This document shows, piece by piece, positions 48,758-57,873 of a stretch of 64,000 nt of DNA; position 1 is the stretch's first letter; each line of letters begins with the position of its first letter. The notes under the pieces are model-generated. The model made no database searches and had not been told where the DNA came from. It worked only from the letters and a program-made list of their open reading frames with translations. The stretch lies in the IMG/VR virus record IMGVR_UViG_3300009678_000058; one strand, written 5' to 3'. Both the position numbers and the translations under genes were made by a program. Source of the stretch: a virus.

Positions 48758-49306
48758 TTATCTCTCATACTGACCTATCTTCCTTGAGTTACGAGTCCTT
48801 GACTCTTCCACCAGTTCAAAGTTGACCTTACTTCTTGCTATTTCCACTCCTTTAGCCACATCAGGCAGTTCTTTCAGAGCTGCTGCCACTTCTTTAGGCT
48901 TGATGATCATCATTCCTGTCCTTGTTCTCTCACTGAAGTTAAAGGTATTGAAATAGTTCTTCAGTTTCTCAGAGGCTACAAGACCAGAGGTAAGTAAGCC
49001 ATAGGAAGGAGAGTAGTCATCCAGCAACTCCTTGTACTTATCAATGCACTGGATCATGAAGTCAGTATCAGGATAGTGTTCGTCTTTATAAACCTCCTTC
49101 TTTACTTTAGCTGGCCTGTCCTCTTCACTATATCCAAAGTAAGGATTGGATTTCTTAGGTGAGCATACCAGTTCCACATATTTGAATAACTGCCTTGCCC
49201 TTGAATGACCTTCACTCTTATCAGCTTCCCAAATGGAAGAGAAGGGTTCTATCATCAGAGCATGTTCACTGACTATGAGCACTCCATTAACTATTTCCCA
49301 AAGCAT
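48758..49306 (-). CDS. Conserved crAss-like protein (possible terminase small subunit)
   Basis: 182 aa, helical, upstream of terL. IEPFSSIWEADKS...LFKYV pattern. The TerS role is only a positional guess. Confidence 0.4.
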   Translation of the reverse strand: MLWEIVNGVLIVSEHALMIEPFSSIWEADKSEGHSRARQLFKYVELVCSPKKSNPYFGYSEEDRPAKVKKEVYKDEHYPDTDFMIQCIDKYKELLDDYSPSYGLLTSGLVASEKLKNYFNTFNFSERTRTGMMIIKPKEVAAALKELPDVAKGVEIARSKVNFELVEESRTRNSRKIGQYER

Positions 49307-49842
49307 CCTGTAGTCTGTTTAATTGTGTTATCTAATCCATCTGTATAAGGTACAGTAGTGTTAGGTTGGGCTGGTGGCAGCATCTTATTCTCAAGCAAAT
49401 CCACATCATCTGCCAATAACTCTTCATGAGTGGCTTCCTTGAACTTCTGTTCTTCATGATACTTTTCAATAGTGAGAAGACCATCTGTATCACCATAATC
49501 AACATAGAGCTTCTGCATTTTCATCTCACTGATTGTATCAGCCATAAGCATATATCCCTTGTACTCCTCTTTTATAAGTGAACCAAGTAAGGGCTGGTTA
49601 TTAATAATGCTTCCATCAGCCTGTAACCATCCTATGATCTGTGGGTTCTCAAAGTTAGCAGAGTAGACAGGAGTAGGAATGTAAGCAAACTCCTCAACTA
49701 AGTTGTTCTTCCTGATAAAGAAGTTAGTCTCCATCACTTTGGCCTGCAGAGTTTCCAGCTCAGGTTCCTTGGTAGTGGTAGTGAGGGTGTTAATGGGAGC
49801 TGCTGCCCTGAACAAAGACTTAATGATCCTGAGTATTTTCAT
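49291..49842 (-). CDS. Hypothetical protein
   Basis: 183-aa ORF overlapping its neighbours in the operon. Confidence 0.55.
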   Translation of the reverse strand: MKILRIIKSLFRAAAPINTLTTTTKEPELETLQAKVMETNFFIRKNNLVEEFAYIPTPVYSANFENPQIIGWLQADGSIINNQPLLGSLIKEEYKGYMLMADTISEMKMQKLYVDYGDTDGLLTIEKYHEEQKFKEATHEELLADDVDLLENKMLPPAQPNTTVPYTDGLDNTIKQTTGCFGK

Positions 49843-49852
49843 GTGTATATGT

Positions 49853-50155
49853 TTATCTTCCTACCCTTGCTGTGAACTTCAGTTCCTCTGTCACTGTTGT
49901 TCCATCCTGAGAAGTGTACTGGATAGTGACAGTCTTATTAGCCTTGTACCAGCCCTGAACCATTAACTGCTTGGGTACAGAGTTGGGCTTGTAAGTGATA
50001 ACAATTTCATGACTGGCTGTATCATTGTAAACAGTGGCACAATCACAGGTGCTCTTTACATCAAGGATTTCACCCATGTAGTCATAGGGAAATTTCACAT
50101 GGATAGTCTGCCCTGCTCTTACATGGCCAAGATCAATAGAATTTCTCAGTAACAT
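49853..50155 (-). CDS. DUF1573-like Ig-fold protein
   Basis: 100 aa. ILDVKSTCDCAT resembles the V.tsCgCt signature of Bacteroidota DUF1573 domains. Confidence 0.5.
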   Translation of the reverse strand: MLLRNSIDLGHVRAGQTIHVKFPYDYMGEILDVKSTCDCATVYNDTASHEIVITYKPNSVPKQLMVQGWYKANKTVTIQYTSQDGTTVTEELKFTARVGR

Positions 50156-50552
50156 GCACCTTAGATTTATCGTTTAATAATTTAGGTTTTCCAAACTGCT
50201 GATATTCCTGCTCCCAACACTGTTCATTGATGCACACCACTGACTGATTGACACTGAATCTTCTCCACTGGTCAGCATTCATCATAGGAGGATAACAGGG
50301 TTTATCACAGGATTTGTTTGCCATCTGTAAAGCTGTGGTAGCACAGCCACATAACTTACAGGAACCTTCAGAATAGCAATCAACATCCATCCATCTTATC
50401 CTGTACTGTATCTGCTCATGTATGTGATTTCTCATCATCCACCTGAGTTTATTATTATAGAATATCCAGTATCTATAGTAACCAAGGAAGTAATGCCAGA
50501 TGTCAACCAGATTCCTGCTCTTCGTTAATCTCTTTTTTGTCATACTCATCAA
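50133..50552 (-). CDS. Cys-rich (putative Zn-binding) hypothetical protein
   Basis: 139 aa. CYSEGSCKLCGC...SCDKPCYP cluster. Confidence 0.55.
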   Translation of the reverse strand: MMSMTKKRLTKSRNLVDIWHYFLGYYRYWIFYNNKLRWMMRNHIHEQIQYRIRWMDVDCYSEGSCKLCGCATTALQMANKSCDKPCYPPMMNADQWRRFSVNQSVVCINEQCWEQEYQQFGKPKLLNDKSKVHVTEKFY

Positions 50553-50865
50553 GGTGTTTCATGTACCTGCGTAAATAATCAATAGTATCTATGTAAGCCT
50601 GTCTTATTTCCGGAGTATCCTTATTGAGTGCTACCCTTTTTGTATATATGTATATGATCCTTTTAAGCCTTGTCCTGTAAGTCCTTATCTTACCAAGGTA
50701 CTTGACATGAATGATAGGAATATTATCCTGTCTTATGCAGTGTTTAATAAACTCTGAAGGAGTTCTGCAAATGTCAGAGAAGGTGAGAAAGTCCATGTCA
50801 GGGTACTGATCTTTTACTGATTCATAGTACTGTTCAATAGCCTGATCCTGTGTTAAGATGGGCAT
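50503..50865 (-). CDS. Possible second IHF/HU-like protein
   Basis: 120 aa. Helix-helix followed by IIHVKYLGKIR beta-arm-like segment. Confidence 0.4.
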   Translation of the reverse strand: MPILTQDQAIEQYYESVKDQYPDMDFLTFSDICRTPSEFIKHCIRQDNIPIIHVKYLGKIRTYRTRLKRIIYIYTKRVALNKDTPEIRQAYIDTIDYLRRYMKHLDEYDKKEINEEQESG

Positions 50866-50866
50866 A

Positions 50867-51103
50867 TTACCTGTATTTTTTGGTGAGGATTTCCATAGCC
50901 TTATTGAAATCAGCTTCTATCTTATCCAATCCCTCAACAAAAGCAGCCTCTTTATGGAGGCCGGCATTAAACTCAGCTTCAGTAATAACTGGTTGTCCTT
51001 CCTGTCTTACATGCAGGTTATAATATTCATGAGGCTTCATGGGTCTTGGATGAGTGATGTCTACGGGATTATGCTGTGTGTCATTTAACTGTGTCTTACT
51101 CAT
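50867..51103 (-). CDS. Hypothetical protein
   Basis: 78-aa ORF packed between neighbours. Confidence 0.5.
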   Translation of the reverse strand: MSKTQLNDTQHNPVDITHPRPMKPHEYYNLHVRQEGQPVITEAEFNAGLHKEAAFVEGLDKIEADFNKAMEILTKKYR

Positions 51104-51485
51104 GGTTATTATTGTTTTGTGAGACAGTGATAGTACTGAGATTCACTAATTTAAACAGATATTTCTGTTCATCTACATTAGGAATAAGCAAGGGGTATAT
51201 TTTTATCATATCCCCTTGCCTTTCCAACACTCCTTTGTCAAATAAGAACTTCATAAAGTTAGATAATCCTGCCGGAGAAAGATGAAGTTTAGCCATTACA
51301 ATTTTCCTGGCTGAAGGCCCAAACCTGTAAGTGGCTATGTCTCCTTCCAGAGCCATGAAAGCAGCAATGACCTCTATCTCCCTTGGGGTCATCTTAATGG
51401 GGAGAATACAATTAATAAGATTGAGATGAATCTCATAGTATTTGTCAGTAGAGAGTCTTAATGTTTTTCTAATGTATTGATCCAT
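51096..51485 (-). CDS. Winged-helix DNA-binding protein
   Basis: 129 aa. MTPREIEVIAAF...ARKIVMAKLHLSPAGLSNFMKFLFDKGVL, a MarR/wHTH-like pattern. Confidence 0.6.
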   Translation of the reverse strand: MDQYIRKTLRLSTDKYYEIHLNLINCILPIKMTPREIEVIAAFMALEGDIATYRFGPSARKIVMAKLHLSPAGLSNFMKFLFDKGVLERQGDMIKIYPLLIPNVDEQKYLFKLVNLSTITVSQNNNNHE

Positions 51486-51503
51486 TGGTAGTATATGATT
51501 GGT

Positions 51504-51788
51504 CTAGGATAAGGTGAGGGGAATGAGTGCCTTGAGATGTTTCTCTATCCTGTTGATTAGCTGGTGCTGTGGCATAATACTGATGAACTTCTTACCACTG
51601 CTGTATATCTCCCCATAGTCCCTGTTCCCATCATTGATGTCAACGAATATTCCCACTGCATCTATCTGGTAGAACATCAGCTCCCTGACATCACACATCT
51701 GTAAAGAGTATCCCTCATGGTTGGCAGTCATGGACATAGTAATCTCATTATCATGGAAGATGGGAATATTCAATCCTTTTGGCATCAT
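51504..51788 (-). CDS. Hypothetical protein
   Basis: 94-aa ORF in the operon. Confidence 0.5.
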   Translation of the reverse strand: MMPKGLNIPIFHDNEITMSMTANHEGYSLQMCDVRELMFYQIDAVGIFVDINDGNRDYGEIYSSGKKFISIMPQHQLINRIEKHLKALIPLTLS

Positions 51789-52006
51789 GGCATTACTGGC
51801 TTATTGTCTAGTGGTAAGAAGACCTTATGAAAAAATCTGAATTCATGTTTGGATAAGGACAGGTCAAGGTCAATGGTGAATTCAATAGCTGATCCATCCT
51901 TTAGAAAACAAAAGCAGGACTGGTTATCGAAGACCATCCTGCTAATTCCAATCCTATTGGTTATTTCTACTGCTTGCTCCCCTGTAAGTTCTGTCTCAAT
52001 AGGCAT
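51785..52006 (-). CDS. Hypothetical protein
   Basis: 73-aa ORF overlapping the next gene. Confidence 0.45.
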   Translation of the reverse strand: MPIETELTGEQAVEITNRIGISRMVFDNQSCFCFLKDGSAIEFTIDLDLSLSKHEFRFFHKVFLPLDNKPVMP

Positions 52007-52240
52007 AATGTGTGTTACTTTAATGTCGAGAGGGGAAGAGTTTGGGGGAATATCAGCACTTAAGCACTTGTAACTTCTTTGCTTAGTCTCATTGCTAAGT
52101 GCTGAAACTCACCTCATCCAACTTAAACATACTCATAGTTTTAATTTTAGTATGTAAAAATCTTACTTAAGTCTGATGCAAAATTACATACTAAAATGTA
52201 ATTTCCAAATAAATTTATGTATTGTCAGATTTATAATAGG

Positions 52241-52271
52241 AATCCCTGATAATGACTCTTTATCAGGGATT
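52241..52271. repeat. Perfect 12-bp inverted repeat (hairpin/operator)
   Basis: AATCCCTGATAA-7 nt-TTATCAGGGATT in intergenic DNA. Confidence 0.7.
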
Positions 52272-52307
52272 ATTAGGAGATGGGTACAAAAGAAAAAGTT
52301 ACTATGC

Positions 52308-52487
52308 CTAAGTCTTGAAGTTCACCCCTGTATTCACTCCCATGATATGAAGCAGGTATAATATCCCTATAATGATCAACAGGATATTGATTGCTATTCT
52401 TGGGATTCCGGGGGTTACATAAGTATTATTGGCCCAGAACAAAACAGCGAATAATACCACAATCAGAAACAATAGGATTATACTCAT
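52308..52487 (-). CDS. Small two-TM membrane protein (below the ORF-track cutoff; possible holin-like)
   Basis: Hand translation gives 59 aa, MSIILLFLIVVLFAVLFWANNTYVTPGIPRIAINILLIIIGILYLLHIMGVNTGVNFKT, ending in TAG. Confidence 0.6.
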   Translation of the reverse strand: MSIILLFLIVVLFAVLFWANNTYVTPGIPRIAINILLIIIGILYLLHIMGVNTGVNFKT

Positions 52488-52557
52488 GTTGGTTTCATTT
52501 GATGACGTTTCTTAAGTGAAAAGGATGGTACTGTGAAGAAATCAATTTATGTACCAT

Positions 52558-52588
52558 AAAAAAACCCTATTAGGAATAACAGGGTTTT
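52558..52588 (-). terminator. Terminator-like hairpin downstream of the appendage cassette
   Basis: AAAACCCT...AGGGTTTT stem with a T-run on the minus strand. Confidence 0.5.
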
Positions 52589-52693
52589 CATTTCAATCAA
52601 AGACAAAGCCGTAATACAAAAAACAAAAAAAATATGCAAAAGTTTCTACAACCTGGGGTACACACTACCCAAGTGCATATTAAAGATAGCTCA

Positions 52694-53857
52694 TTAGGTC
52701 TTTACAACCAAAACATCAATATCCTGCCACGCTACTCCATTCCAGAATTTCATCTTAGCTGGTGGACTGGAGTAATCCTGAAGATTCATGGCTTCAAGCA
52801 AAACAATAGTGTATGAACCTGTACCTGATTGGGTAGTGGTTAAGGCGAGGGCTTCATTAATGGAAGCAATGATAGCAGACTGGGAGGATATCAGATCTGA
52901 GAGTGTAAGAGCTTCAATGATAGTACTGAGAAATGACATAGAAGAAGAAGGACTATCACTAAGAGTAAGAGCTTCTGCAAGAGGAGCTAAGTAAGTCATC
53001 CTGCTGGTTTGCTGAGTAGCAAGGGTCATAGTCTCAGCTATCACCATCAGGTAAGCAGAAGAAGAGAGATAGCTATCATTGAGAGTCAGAGGTTCAGTGA
53101 TATTGACTAAGTAAACATTAGTGGAAATGATAGTATCAGTGAGACCCATCAGCTCTGATATAATGGCTGAGAATGCTCCTGAAGCTGATGGAGCATCTGA
53201 TAGGGAGAGAGCTTCATTGATAGCTCTGTTACTAATGAGAGAACTGAAGGGAGCATCTGCCAGAGCAAGTGCTTCTGTAATTGAGGCTGAAGTGATAAGA
53301 GATGAGCTGAGAAGATCAGCCAGAGTCATGGTCTCATCTATTATGGCAGGTACACTTCCAGTGAGTCCAACTATTTCATCAATGAGGGCCATAGCCTCAA
53401 GAACAGATGAAGACATTACCTGTGTAGGAGTAATAGCATCAGTCAGGGAGAGAGCTTCAGTAATTGAAACAGTGGCAATAGTGATGGTAACAGAAGGAGT
53501 ATCACTAAGAGCCATAGCTTCACTAACAGATACAGTGACAAAAATGATAGTGGCAGAAGGAGAATCAGCAAGAGACAGAACTTCAGACACAGATACATTA
53601 TATGTACTGCCACCAACAGGGGCAGCAGGAGCATCAGTAAGCGCAATGGTTTCTGTAATGACATTGGTAATGATAGTGATGGTGACTGAAGAGATATCAG
53701 TAAGAGCTAATGCTTCAGTGATAGTGAGAGTAGCAATGATAATAGTAGTGGAAGGAGAATCACTGAGGGCAAGAGCTTCAGTAATGGCTTCATTATAAGT
53801 AGTGCCACCAGCAACAGGAGGAATATTACCGAAGAATATCTTGAAGGTTGCTGGCAT
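52694..53857 (-). CDS. Repeat-rich fibre/appendage protein (~17 E-x-[LMI]-x-L-x-D repeats)
   Basis: 387 aa with ~21-aa periodic TEALALSDSPS-type repeats; ends in KMKFWNGVAWQD. Confidence 0.65.
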   Translation of the reverse strand: MPATFKIFFGNIPPVAGGTTYNEAITEALALSDSPSTTIIIATLTITEALALTDISSVTITIITNVITETIALTDAPAAPVGGSTYNVSVSEVLSLADSPSATIIFVTVSVSEAMALSDTPSVTITIATVSITEALSLTDAITPTQVMSSSVLEAMALIDEIVGLTGSVPAIIDETMTLADLLSSSLITSASITEALALADAPFSSLISNRAINEALSLSDAPSASGAFSAIISELMGLTDTIISTNVYLVNITEPLTLNDSYLSSSAYLMVIAETMTLATQQTSRMTYLAPLAEALTLSDSPSSSMSFLSTIIEALTLSDLISSQSAIIASINEALALTTTQSGTGSYTIVLLEAMNLQDYSSPPAKMKFWNGVAWQDIDVLVVKT

Positions 53858-53863
53858 TTATGA

Positions 53864-54178
53864 TTATGTTGTAGTAGGAATGCTAAGAACAAAATCAGCC
53901 CATTCTTTGGGAGAGGTCTGGTCTATAGCTACCACTGTAATTACATCACCATTCATTTCAGAGGCAGATAAGGTGAGCAGGACTAATATGGAAGCTGCAG
54001 GTGATACTGTAGGCAGGGTAGCAAGATCAGTAAGAGCACCACCATCTATAGAGACCTTGAAATCACCAGCAGCAATAGTAGGACTGGATTTAAAGTCTCC
54101 TGCACTAGCATAGTCTTCCAGCGAAATCCTGATCAGGAAATCTTCATTCTTTTTTGGTGGATTATAAGGGGCCGCCAT
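53864..54178 (-). CDS. Small virion structural protein (putative)
   Basis: 104 aa, beta-rich (DFKVSIDGGALTDLATLP...LTLSASEMNGD), within the appendage cassette. Confidence 0.45.
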   Translation of the reverse strand: MAAPYNPPKKNEDFLIRISLEDYASAGDFKSSPTIAAGDFKVSIDGGALTDLATLPTVSPAASILVLLTLSASEMNGDVITVVAIDQTSPKEWADFVLSIPTTT

Positions 54179-54199
54179 AGTAAGTGGAGGGGGGTTTAA

Positions 54200-55387
54200 T
54201 TAAATTCCTAATTGCAATCTTGCTCTTGGTTTAGTTATGTCCACTGATATCCTGTATTCATCAGCATTTGCATCTATTGAAAGTATGATGGGATTAGGCT
54301 TAATGTACAATCTTGGAACAGTATATATCCCTGTAAGGTTATATTGCTGGTTTGTCATAAGAGTCTCAGCTCCCCAGGTTGTTCCTGCATCTGTTGAAAT
54401 CTTATAATACATATTCATTGATGTAGGCCATGTCTCAGAGCCATCAGATTTACCAGCATAGAAGACATACCAGTAGTTAGTGACAAGGTCAAGGGTGATA
54501 GCACATAATCCCTGATCATCCACTGAGTTGTTGACAACATTAGTGAGGGCAGTGATAGCTGTTTCAGTAATTATCCATGCCTGTAAGTCAGCATTGAGAG
54601 TATCAACCCCATTCCATGCTGTTAGAATAATACGGGAATTGGTAAGGTCTGGTACTGCTGAAAAGTTAGAGAAGGCTATGGATGCAGGACTATCAGCCAT
54701 TGAAGCAGAAATTAAAGTTTCAGCCCAAGTGTTAGCTGAGTCATCATAAAGCTGTCTGCTAACTTCATTAGTCGAGATATCCCAGAATATGCCGATAATG
54801 TCATTGTTATCAGTGGCAAAACCCGGCATAAGAATCATCATATCTGTGGTTGCAGCAGCTTCATTGATTGTTCTGGTATCCCATACACCATTTGGGACAT
54901 TGGCATTAGTAAGCCTGAAGAAACCTCCTTCAGTGCCATTATCTATTTGAGTCCTGCAATATACATTTCCTCCCCTGCTACGGGTAATGCTCATGAAGCT
55001 TCCTGCCAGTACTGCTGAAGCTCCTGCAAAGATAACAGTAGAAGTAGTTGAGAGAGTATCTGAAGAGTCAGTGTCTATAGTGCGATAAAGACAATCATGC
55101 CCTACTGTTTCCACGAAAGAACAATGAATAAGACCAGAGGACAGTCCTGACCACTTATCATACCAGACAGACAGGTTAAAAGCTGTACCTGTATAAACAA
55201 CTGTACCCACTGACCATGTAAATCCTCCATCCAGTGACTTTTTAAAGCTTATATCCGCAGCAGCATCAATGTAGACATAGTACAGTACACCAGTAGGAGT
55301 CTGGATAAGATAATAAGTGCATGCTCCCTGATTTCTTCCGGTAGCTGCTCCATTCTGTGATATAACCATCTCTAATCTTCTGGGCAT
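54200..55387 (-). CDS. BNR/Asp-box (sialidase-like) beta-propeller protein
   Basis: 395 aa. Asp-box motifs KKSLDGGFTW and KISTDAGTTW, plus YDDSANTW. Confidence 0.6.
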   Translation of the reverse strand: MPRRLEMVISQNGAATGRNQGACTYYLIQTPTGVLYYVYIDAAADISFKKSLDGGFTWSVGTVVYTGTAFNLSVWYDKWSGLSSGLIHCSFVETVGHDCLYRTIDTDSSDTLSTTSTVIFAGASAVLAGSFMSITRSRGGNVYCRTQIDNGTEGGFFRLTNANVPNGVWDTRTINEAAATTDMMILMPGFATDNNDIIGIFWDISTNEVSRQLYDDSANTWAETLISASMADSPASIAFSNFSAVPDLTNSRIILTAWNGVDTLNADLQAWIITETAITALTNVVNNSVDDQGLCAITLDLVTNYWYVFYAGKSDGSETWPTSMNMYYKISTDAGTTWGAETLMTNQQYNLTGIYTVPRLYIKPNPIILSIDANADEYRISVDITKPRARLQLGI

Positions 55388-55404
55388 GGCAGGAGGAGGG
55401 GGGT

Positions 55405-55992
55405 TTAAGCTGAAACTGTATAGGCTACATTAAGAGTATCTGTGTTCACCACTGGCCTGTCACCACCAGTAAAGAGACCAGAACTGAAGAGAACTCCAGC
55501 AGTGTTGTCAATGGTAGAGACTGCACCTGTTCCAAGGACAATAAAAGCTCCTTTTACAGTGCCGGCACCAGTAATGGCAAAAGACAGGGCTGCAGTTGTG
55601 GTTTTTGAGCCTGCTGAGGCTGCATTAAAGACTACAGTTTTGCGTGGGGCTGTGTAAGTTGGGGCATTAGCCAGTCCAGCTTCAGTCCAACCAGCATGTG
55701 AAGCCATTGTATCACCTGCAACTATAGCAGAATAGCCAACTGAGGAGACCAAACCCATGAAAGGGCCTGTTACAGTGTATGCTGCACCTGCCATGATTGT
55801 ATCAAGGGTGAGATTCTTTCCAACATTGACAACGAGGTTATCAATAGTGTCCTCCCATTTGAGATTTCCATGACAATCAAAGCACTGGAAGTGATATTTT
55901 CCCTTAAGATCAAGGTGATCAATGGGGAGAGTGGGAGATTTGATGGTATTAGCGTTGAAGCTGTCATTGATATTAAGTTTTTCTGAGTTCAT
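55405..55992 (-). CDS. Virion structural / fibre-associated protein
   Basis: 195 aa. WEDTIDNLVVNVGKN and TVKGAFIV...GVLFS...DTLNVAYTV pattern of phage tail-associated proteins. Confidence 0.55.
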   Translation of the reverse strand: MNSEKLNINDSFNANTIKSPTLPIDHLDLKGKYHFQCFDCHGNLKWEDTIDNLVVNVGKNLTLDTIMAGAAYTVTGPFMGLVSSVGYSAIVAGDTMASHAGWTEAGLANAPTYTAPRKTVVFNAASAGSKTTTAALSFAITGAGTVKGAFIVLGTGAVSTIDNTAGVLFSSGLFTGGDRPVVNTDTLNVAYTVSA

Positions 55993-56082
55993 GAGAGATT
56001 ATTTAAGTATTAGTAGATGAGTGGTAATTGTAACTAAGCCACTTCAGGGTAAACCTGAGTAGGGGTGAGGAGGAGGTGAGAC

Positions 56083-56334
56083 TTAAGAGGTATCAATCCA
56101 GATATCTCCGGGTTCAGGGCTGGAGGGAGGAGAGGAAGACATGGTAATTTTCTTAACTCCGTCACCTAAGATGTAGTAAAGAGGGCTGGCTGCTGCCTGA
56201 ATGTTATCATTGGTCAAGGGAGGGGTGAGGTTAGAGCCTATGATCTGGTTGGAGTCAGGATTTTTGATGAACTGATCCCACATCCTGTAGACCATTGTAT
56301 TAATCGTGTTCCAATTTCTGAAATCATCAGGCAT
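56083..56334 (-). CDS. Small fibre-like protein (likely start MPDD at 56334)
   Basis: 83 aa; ends in SPPSSPEPGDIWIDTS, the first half of a common fibre motif. Confidence 0.55.
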   Translation of the reverse strand: MPDDFRNWNTINTMVYRMWDQFIKNPDSNQIIGSNLTPPLTNDNIQAAASPLYYILGDGVKKITMSSSPPSSPEPGDIWIDTS

Positions 56335-56872
56335 AGTAGATGAAATAAGGTTAAAGATAGTCAAAAAGGAAACCCCCTGTAGAAACAGAGGGTGAACCAA
56401 TTTTAAAAAAAACATATACTACGAAAAATGAAAACTTTATCACCAACCAGATGATAAGAGAGACAAAGGTAAGGTCAATGAGACACTTAAAATTTTTTTT
56501 GGTATTAAGATGAGTATAAAAAAATTTTAGAGTAGGAGTGTGAAGGTGATCCACCCTACACGAGCAGCCCCCATTAATCCTTGGACAAAGACTCCCCCGC
56601 CATCATAGGCAGAGGCACTTTTCCGTGGCTGCTAATATATCATGAGTGTTCCTGTGGCTACACACACCTAGTGTAGTGATAGCTCATGACAGGTAGGGTG
56701 CAGAACATCCTACCAGCACCCACTAATCTTAGATCAATCATTCATCACTGTGTGGTACAGACTGAACAGTTGTACAATGTATGTACATCTTAACTGTATA
56801 CACACAATACCCTATCAGCCCCCATTAATTCTTGGTATTACATATTTCCTTCACAATTTAAATGTCATTATT

Positions 56873-57154
56873 ATGAACATTTCTCAGATCAAACTCGCTA
56901 TTGGTATCCCAGTTCTTAACATTTCACGTCAGGTTGATGAGCAGAATCTGCCTCAACCTTGGGTGTCTCATTGGGACGATACCAATAGGGTCAGGGTCAC
57001 CATGCATGATGATGTGTATAACATCATTGTGGCTGACAAGTCCTTCGATAAGCTGGCTTACAAAACATCTACGGTTACTCCTACAGATGCTAGTAAGCTG
57101 CCTTACACCAGGATTGTGATCATCACGCCTAAGGAACTTTTGGGTACACTCTAA
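56873..57154 (+). CDS. Hypothetical early protein (start MNISQ)
   Basis: 93 aa; A/T-rich leader; followed by a terminator. Confidence 0.65.
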   Translation: MNISQIKLAIGIPVLNISRQVDEQNLPQPWVSHWDDTNRVRVTMHDDVYNIIVADKSFDKLAYKTSTVTPTDASKLPYTRIVIITPKELLGTL

Positions 57155-57167
57155 GAGTGGCCCTTCA

Positions 57168-57198
57168 CGAAGGGGGGAATTTCTCCCCTTCGTTTTTT
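57168..57198 (+). terminator. Rho-independent terminator
   Basis: CGAAGGGG...CCCCTTCG stem followed by TTTTTT. Confidence 0.8.
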
Positions 57199-57552
57199 AA
57201 TCTTTTCTGCTTCTGGTTTCATATCCGAGCAACCCCCACTAATTCTTGGCTGCAACAGCAGTCCTTTTTTTTAAATTAGTTTGATGGTGAAAGGTTGAAG
57301 CACATGAACAATGTAGCAGATACACCTGTACCTGTCAAGCTATTTTTTTAAATTAGTCATAGATAGAACCAGACCATTTAGTTGGTGCAGTCCCTATCAG
57401 GCTACAGTTTACTGTAGTAACAAGTATCTTGGTAAAACTCAGACAGCAATGATTTGAGGCAATGCAGTTTACTGTCCTTATGGGATGAGTAGGCTATCAA
57501 GATACTTTCACTTTTAATTTCACCATTCTTTAATTCTATAAATTAGTCTTTT

Positions 57553-57873
57553 ATGCAATTACAATTTCTTCCTATGTCAAGCTGGACTCCTGAGATGTAT
57601 GCCTTCTCTGATTACCTGTCTACTCTAGATGCATTTAGCACTCCTGTTATTCCTGCTACTCTTGAACATTATCCATTCATTGTAAGATGGGAAGAGTGTG
57701 ATTGCAGGAATGGAGAGTGGGTAGTGACATTCTTCATGCCTATCACAGCAGCAGGTCATACCCAACTGATTTCAGATAAGCTGAAGAATCTCACTGAGCA
57801 GGTCATCAAGGCAGTTGGTAAGAGGAATAGGAATACTCCTCCTACTCCTTGGGATGAATTCCTTGGGAAATGA
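57553..57873 (+). CDS. Hypothetical early protein
   Basis: 106-aa ORF with an A/T-rich leader. Confidence 0.55.
   Translation: MQLQFLPMSSWTPEMYAFSDYLSTLDAFSTPVIPATLEHYPFIVRWEECDCRNGEWVVTFFMPITAAGHTQLISDKLKNLTEQVIKAVGKRNRNTPPTPWDEFLGK

Noticed and set aside
53121-53798. 225-aa plus-strand ORF and other plus-strand ORFs inside the late module
   Set aside because: Antisense shadows of real minus-strand genes; this one simply mirrors the repeat protein's periodicity.
1477-56334. Genome-wide stop-codon reassignment (TAG/TGA), as in some crAss clades
   Set aside because: Long genes are intact in code 11, TAG and TGA terminate plausible genes (e.g. 52308 TAG, 14184 TGA), and no suppressor tRNA was seen in the window.
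56350-56560. Short ORFs 56351-56554 and the N-terminal extension of the 56083 ORF
   Set aside because: They translate A/T-tract intergenic DNA and a terminator-like hairpin (~56374-56395), giving F/L/K-biased peptides without a credible start context.
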